20,078 bases of DNA from PVC group bacterium. Lineage in GTDB: Bacteria; GCA-001730085; JADFSZ01. Shown in pieces: positions 15,566 to 20,078 of the stretch; the stretch's first letter is position 1; every line of letters starts with the position of its first letter. The notes beneath the pieces are model-generated. The model searched no databases. It saw only the letters and a list, made by a program, of their open reading frames with translations, and was not told the origin of the DNA. The stretch covers positions 1-20,078 of the forward strand of contig JADFSZ010000005.1 of NCBI GenBank assembly GCA_022560555.1, given 5' to 3'. Position numbers and translations under genes: made by a program.

Positions 15566-16705
15566 ATGAGGATCTGTGTTCCAAAAGAAACTCATGTTGG
15601 TGAGCGCCGTGTCAGTCTTCTGCCCGCATCCGCTGACAAACTGATCAAACTCGGCGCGGAGATTACCGTTGAAGCCGGCTTAGGATCATCGATCAAAATA
15701 TCGGACCAAGAATATCAGGATGTCGGCGTCCAAATTGAGCCGGAGAGAACGAAACTTCTAAGTTCAGCTGATATTTGTGTGCGCTTACGAAAACCCTCCG
15801 CCGAAGATGTTCAAATTCTGAAACCCGGCTGTGTGCATGTCAGTTATCTCGATCCGTTTAACGAAAAAGACCTTGTAAAAACTCTGGCTGACGCCAAGGT
15901 GAGTGCGGTCAGTTTAGAAATGATTCCGCGAACGACATTAGCGCAAAAAATGGATGTTTTATCGTCGCAGGCCAATCTTGCGGGATACGTGGCCGTGATT
16001 CTTGCTGCTGAGAGGCTGGACAAGATTTTCCCCATGATGATGACACCCGCCGGAACCATCTCTCCGTCGCGTGTTTTTATCATCGGCGTGGGGGTGGCGG
16101 GACTTCAGGCCATCGCAACGGCGAAAAGACTTGGAGCGCGTGTTGAGGCGTTTGATACGCGCCCGGTTGTCGAAGAGCAAGTGAAGAGCCTGGGCGCAAA
16201 ATTTGTTAAAATTGATCTGGGCGAAATGGGACAAACAAAAGATGGATATGCCAAGGCATTAACAGACGAACAAATGGCTAAACAGCAAGAGGGTATGGCA
16301 AAACATTGTGCGTTGGCAGATATTGTGATCACAACGGCACAGCTCTTTGGGCGAAAGGCTCCTTTGATTATCAAAGAAGATATGGTCAAACAAATGAAAC
16401 CGGGAAGCATTATAGTGGATTTGGCTGCGGAATCGGGAGGAAATGTGGCCGGAACTAAAGTAGACGAGGAAGTGGATGTGAACGGTGTCAGAATTATCGG
16501 GCTCGGCAATCTTCCGGGGCATGTGGCTAAAAACGCGTCTGAGATGTATTCGGCGAATGTCACGAGTTTTCTCACACACTTTTGGGACAAAGATCAAAAG
16601 AAGTTTAATCTCAATCGTGAAGATGAAATCATTCAAGGCTGTCTTGTGACCCATGAGGGTGAAATTGTGAACGAAAAACTACTGTCCGTATACCAAAGCA
16701 ATTAG
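15566..16705 (+). CDS. pntAA: NAD(P) transhydrogenase subunit alpha part 1 (dI, NAD(H)-binding).
   Basis: Alanine-dehydrogenase/PNT fold: MRICVPKETHVGERRV and the Rossmann motif FIIGVGVAGLQAIATAKRLGA. The ORF opens at ATG 15557, but ATG 15566 is 8 nt from GAAGGA and is preferred. Confidence 0.92.
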   Translation: MRICVPKETHVGERRVSLLPASADKLIKLGAEITVEAGLGSSIKISDQEYQDVGVQIEPERTKLLSSADICVRLRKPSAEDVQILKPGCVHVSYLDPFNEKDLVKTLADAKVSAVSLEMIPRTTLAQKMDVLSSQANLAGYVAVILAAERLDKIFPMMMTPAGTISPSRVFIIGVGVAGLQAIATAKRLGARVEAFDTRPVVEEQVKSLGAKFVKIDLGEMGQTKDGYAKALTDEQMAKQQEGMAKHCALADIVITTAQLFGRKAPLIIKEDMVKQMKPGSIIVDLAAESGGNVAGTKVDEEVDVNGVRIIGLGNLPGHVAKNASEMYSANVTSFLTHFWDKDQKKFNLNREDEIIQGCLVTHEGEIVNEKLLSVYQSN

Positions 16706-16714
16706 GAGATATAA

Positions 16715-17017
16715 ATGGACGAGACAATGGTCGGAATATATTTAGGCTTTATTCTGCTTTTATCGATCTTCCTTGGGTTTGAGCTTATCTCAAAAGTTCC
16801 ATCAACCTTGCATACGCCTCTGATGTCCGGGTCCAACGCGATTTCGGGTATTACCCTTGTCGGAGCCCTTCTATCCGCGGGAACAGAACTGGATCAAAGA
16901 GTCACCGTGATTTTAGGGTCGCTGGCTGTTGTTTTTGCAACGATCAATGTGGTTGGTGGATATTTTGTGACGGATCGTATGCTCGCGATGTTCAAAAAGA
17001 AAGAAGGGCATAAATGA
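16715..17017 (+). CDS. pntAB: NAD(P) transhydrogenase subunit alpha part 2 (membrane dII-alpha).
   Basis: 100-aa hydrophobic protein with HTPLMSGSNAISGI. AGGAG Shine-Dalgarno upstream. Overlaps pntB through an ATGA junction. Confidence 0.9.
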   Translation: MDETMVGIYLGFILLLSIFLGFELISKVPSTLHTPLMSGSNAISGITLVGALLSAGTELDQRVTVILGSLAVVFATINVVGGYFVTDRMLAMFKKKEGHK

Positions 17018-18402
17018 ATCCCGTTGTTTGGACCAATATCGCGTATCTTGGCGCATCCGTATGCTTTATTATCGGTCTGAGGATGCTTTCGTCTCCGGCC
17101 ACAGCCCGAAAAGGAAATTTGCTTTCAGCCACGGGGATGTTGATTGCCATCGTTCTGACTCTTATATCCAAAGACATTGTTACGTACAAGTGGATCGCGA
17201 TCGCGATTTTGATCGGAACCGTGATCGGTTTTTTTACCGCGCGTCTTGTGGCTATGACACGGATGCCGGAAATGGTCGCGATTTTTAACGGTTTTGGCGG
17301 TATCTCGAGTCTTCTTGTGGGATGGTCCGTGTATCATATGATGAGGGATCAGGGAGCTTTTACCGCATTTACGATTTATTTATCCGTTCTCATCGGAGGT
17401 TTGACGTTTACGGGTAGTATGGTTGCCTTTATTAAGCTGTCCGATACATGGAAAGCCATCTCCAAGGCGGTTCTATATAAAGGGCAACAAATTGTCAACG
17501 GGGCGCTTTTAGTAGCCACCGTTTGGATTTGCGTTTTGTATACGATGAATTCCGCCGCGCATTATCCCTTGTTTCTCGTCGCGGTTGTGCTTTCTTTGGT
17601 TCTGGGTGTGCTGGTGGTGATTCCGATCGGAGGGGCGGATATGCCGGTTGTCATTTCTCTTCTCAATAGTTATTCTGGATTGGCCGCGTGCGCGGCAGGC
17701 TTTGTGATAAAAAACAATATTCTTATTGTTGCCGGTGCCCTTGTAGGGGCGAGCGGAATGGTTTTGACGAACATTATGTGTAAAGCCATGAACCGGTCCC
17801 TGGCCAATGTTCTCTTCAGTGGATTCGGATCCGTCACAACTTCGAAAAAAGGCGGTGGGGGGATTCAAGGAGAAGTGAGCCCGATCAATGTGGCGGATGC
17901 TTATTTGATTTTAGAAGCTGCGCGTTCGGTTCTCATTGTTCCCGGCTATGGGCTCGCTGTCGCGCAGGCTCAACATGTGGTACGTGAGTTGGGAGAACTT
18001 CTTGAAGAAAATGGATGTGAAGTCAAATACGGGATTCATCCCGTGGCGGGGCGAATGCCCGGTCATATGAATGTTTTACTGGCAGAAGCCAACGTCCCGT
18101 ATGACGAACTCGTGGAGCCTGACGAAATTAATCCGACGATGGAAACGGTTGATGTGTGCATAGTTGTCGGTGCTAATGATGTGGTAAATCCCGCGGCCCG
18201 CGATGATGAATCAAGTCCGATTTACGGGATGCCGATTGTTGAAGTGGATCGCGCGAGAACCGTTTTTGTCTTAAAACGTTCGATGGCATCCGGATTTGCC
18301 GGGATTGATAATCCTTTGTTTTTTAAGGATAATACACGGATGCTCTTTGGGGATGCCAAGTCGAGTATCTCGGGGCTTGTGGCTGAATTTAAAGGGGGAT
18401 AA
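17014..18402 (+). CDS. pntB: NAD(P) transhydrogenase subunit beta (dII-beta plus dIII, NADP(H)-binding).
   Basis: Membrane N-terminal half plus C-terminal dIII blocks: VPGYGLAVAQAQH, IHPVAGRMPGHMNVLLAEA, VVGANDVVNPAA and FFKDNTRMLFGDAK. Confidence 0.95.
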   Translation: MNPVVWTNIAYLGASVCFIIGLRMLSSPATARKGNLLSATGMLIAIVLTLISKDIVTYKWIAIAILIGTVIGFFTARLVAMTRMPEMVAIFNGFGGISSLLVGWSVYHMMRDQGAFTAFTIYLSVLIGGLTFTGSMVAFIKLSDTWKAISKAVLYKGQQIVNGALLVATVWICVLYTMNSAAHYPLFLVAVVLSLVLGVLVVIPIGGADMPVVISLLNSYSGLAACAAGFVIKNNILIVAGALVGASGMVLTNIMCKAMNRSLANVLFSGFGSVTTSKKGGGGIQGEVSPINVADAYLILEAARSVLIVPGYGLAVAQAQHVVRELGELLEENGCEVKYGIHPVAGRMPGHMNVLLAEANVPYDELVEPDEINPTMETVDVCIVVGANDVVNPAARDDESSPIYGMPIVEVDRARTVFVLKRSMASGFAGIDNPLFFKDNTRMLFGDAKSSISGLVAEFKGG

Positions 18403-18498
18403 TCAAAAATGGTAAATCGTAAATGGTAAGATAAAAACCGTTAAGCAGGAATACGGAAATTCTTCAAACTTATAACTCCGAACTGACTAAGGAGAAAC

Positions 18499-19266
18499 AT
18501 GCTTTTAAATAACAAATGTGGTGTCATCGTCGGTGTCGCGAATAAAAGAAGCATTGCCTGGGCCATTGCGGAATCTTTATCCCGCGAGGGCGCCAAACTG
18601 GGTTTTACATATCAAACGGAACGTTTGCTGGAAAAGGTCAAGTCGCTTGTCGAAGGCACCATGCCCGGCTCTCCACTATGCGAATGTGATGTGAGCAACG
18701 ATGACCACGTCAAAAAAGCTATTGATGAACTGGGACAAGCTCTCGGGAAAATCGATTTTCTCGTTCACTCGGTTGCTTTTGCCAATAAAGATGATCTCAG
18801 TAACGGTTTTGTTAATACGTCACGCGACGGGTTTAAACTTTCCATGGATGTGAGCGCGTATTCGCTCATTTCTTTAGCCCGAGCGGCAGCCCCTTATATG
18901 ACCGAGGGCGGATCGATCATCGCTATGACATACTTGGGGTCCACACGCGTGGTCCCGGGATACAATGTTATGGGCGTCGCGAAAGCCGCGCTCGAATCAT
19001 CTCTTAGATATTTGGCCAACGAACTCGGGGCGAAAAATATTCGCGTGAACGGTATTTCCGCGGGGCCGATCAATACGCTGGCCGCGCGGGGACTCTCTCA
19101 TTTTACCGCTTTGCTAAAATACGCGGCTGAAAGATCGCCATTCAAGCGAAATACAGATCCATCCGAAGTCGGGGATACAGCTCTCTTTTTAGCTTCCAAC
19201 CTCAGCCGTGGCATTACGGGTGAGATAATTCATGTTGATACCGGACTGCATATGCTGGCACAATAG
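18499..19266 (+). CDS. fabI: Enoyl-[acyl-carrier-protein] reductase (NADH), FabI.
   Basis: The sequence carries GVANKRSIAW, HSVAFA, and the Tyr/Lys catalytic region YNVMGVAKAALESSLRYLA, followed by NGISAGPINTLAA. AAGGAG Shine-Dalgarno upstream. Confidence 0.93.
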   Translation: MLLNNKCGVIVGVANKRSIAWAIAESLSREGAKLGFTYQTERLLEKVKSLVEGTMPGSPLCECDVSNDDHVKKAIDELGQALGKIDFLVHSVAFANKDDLSNGFVNTSRDGFKLSMDVSAYSLISLARAAAPYMTEGGSIIAMTYLGSTRVVPGYNVMGVAKAALESSLRYLANELGAKNIRVNGISAGPINTLAARGLSHFTALLKYAAERSPFKRNTDPSEVGDTALFLASNLSRGITGEIIHVDTGLHMLAQ

Positions 19267-19308
19267 TGTCATACATCATACGCAAAGAACGAAGGGAGCG
19301 CATGCTCT

Positions 19309-19545
19309 ATGGACAAACCGCAAATCGCCGAAAAATCACCCGCAGTGATGGATCTCGAAGCAGGAACCTATTGGTGGTGTGCTTGCGGATTGTCAAAAAA
19401 ACAACCCTTTTGTGACGGATCCCACAAAGGGACGGACTTTTCACCTGTGGAGCTGGTTTTTGAGGAAAAAAAGCGCGTCGCTCTCTGCCAGTGTAAACAA
19501 TCCAAAAAAATCGCGTTTTGCGACGGATCGCATAAAAATTTATAA
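19309..19545 (+). CDS. Small double-CDGSH iron-sulfur domain protein (bacterial mitoNEET/Miner-like).
   Basis: Two CDGSH motifs: CACGLSKKQPFCDGSHKG and CQCKQSKKIAFCDGSHKN. Confidence 0.85.
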   Translation: MDKPQIAEKSPAVMDLEAGTYWWCACGLSKKQPFCDGSHKGTDFSPVELVFEEKKRVALCQCKQSKKIAFCDGSHKNL

Positions 19546-19576
19546 TTGTTTCTTTGCTCCCGTTTTACAGCCTTCC

Positions 19577-19605
19577 TTGACAAATATTTCTAAAGCCCCT
19601 ATCAT
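19577..19605 (+). promoter_or_regulatory. Sigma70-type promoter for the sdh operon: TTGACA-17 bp-TATCAT.
   Basis: TTGACA at 19577-19582 and TATCAT at 19600-19605, about 45 nt upstream of the sdhC ATG. Confidence 0.5.
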
Positions 19606-19649
19606 CTCTTAACACATATCTACCTTAAAACAGGGAAAAACAGGATTTT

Positions 19650-20078
19650 ATGAAGAACGGCCTTTTTTCTTCCACGCTTGTCCGTAAATTTGTTATGGCA
19701 ATCACCGGCCTTTTTTTATGTCTGTTTCTTATCGTCCATTTAATCGGGAATTCTTTACTCTATTTCGGCCCCGGCCTCTTTAACAGTTATGCCGAAAAGA
19801 TGTCTTCTAATATTTTTATTCGTGCCCTCGAGATTATTCTCGCACTTGGGTTTCTTCTTCATATAGGTGATGCTTTCATTTTGATGGCTCAGGCAAGAAA
19901 AGCACGCTCAGTTGGTTATCTTGTAAACAAAAGCCGGGAAAACTCTTCATTGGCAGCGCGCATCCTCAATATTTCAGCCATATTTGTTTTGATTTTTCTT
20001 GTCATTCACATCAGAACGTTTTGGGTATCCACTCATTTTGGAAACACGACCTTGTCTATGTATGACCTTGTGTTGGAG
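19650..20078 (+). CDS. sdhC: Succinate dehydrogenase/fumarate reductase cytochrome b subunit, b558 family; 5' partial, continues beyond the window.
   Basis: Not in the ORF track because no stop is reached. My own translation from ATG 19650 gives MKNGLFSSTLVRKFVMAITGLFLCLFLIVHLIGNSLLYFGP..., with the heme-ligand His in the HLxGN context and several TM helices. CAGGA lies 4 nt upstream. Confidence 0.75.
   Translation, partial: MKNGLFSSTLVRKFVMAITGLFLCLFLIVHLIGNSLLYFGPGLFNSYAEKMSSNIFIRALEIILALGFLLHIGDAFILMAQARKARSVGYLVNKSRENSSLAARILNISAIFVLIFLVIHIRTFWVSTHFGNTTLSMYDLVLE

Noticed and set aside
18407-18429. AAATGGTAA direct repeat (18407-18415 and 18421-18429) between pntB and fabI.
   Set aside because: These are 9-bp A-rich words with no adjacent convincing promoter hexamers, which is too weak to call regulatory.
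1-20078. Searched for a mobile or defence island: integrase or transposase, CRISPR repeats, tRNA/tmRNA attachment sites, toxin-antitoxin pairs, restriction-modification genes, or an abrupt compositional shift.
   Set aside because: None found. Every sizeable ORF has a clear housekeeping assignment. The only strongly AT-rich stretches are short promoter regions. A novel protein-based system in this window is therefore not supported by the sequence.

Overview
The window looks like a core-metabolism region of a moderately AT-rich diderm bacterium. I see no integrase, transposase, CRISPR array, tRNA or recognisable defence gene. Read left to right it contains: (i) a GspE/PilB-family secretion ATPase broken by a single-base frameshift; (ii) a long + strand Fe-S/oxidative-stress operon, Rrf2 regulator-sufB-sufC-sufD-sufS-sufU-nfu-sodA, closed by a bidirectional terminator; (iii) a convergent - strand pair, a DtxR-like metalloregulator plus an FprA/adrenodoxin-reductase-type NADPH:ferredoxin reductase; (iv) divergent from that pair, a PhnD/PhnC/PhnE-type ABC importer followed by a small predicted outer-membrane beta-barrel; (v) a split-alpha proton-translocating transhydrogenase (pntAA-pntAB-pntB); (vi) fabI, a double-CDGSH [2Fe-2S] protein, and the 5' part of a b558-type succinate dehydrogenase cytochrome b gene that runs off the window. 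Almost every transcription unit is preceded by a near-consensus sigma70-type promoter with a perfect TTGACA -35 hexamer. The protein-coding content is ordinary and I cannot support a new multi-gene protein system. The unexplained signals are non-coding. First, two highly similar ~100-nt elements sit in two different intergenic gaps of the suf operon. Second, a consensus promoter, a Shine-Dalgarno-led 5-codon mini-ORF and an intrinsic terminator lie upstream of the Rrf2-suf operon. Third, the sufB-sufC spacer is unusually long and rich in CATG. Fourth, inverted repeats are wrapped around both promoters of the dtxR-fpr / phnDCE-OMP divergent region. All functional calls rest on by-eye motif and family recognition; no searches were run.
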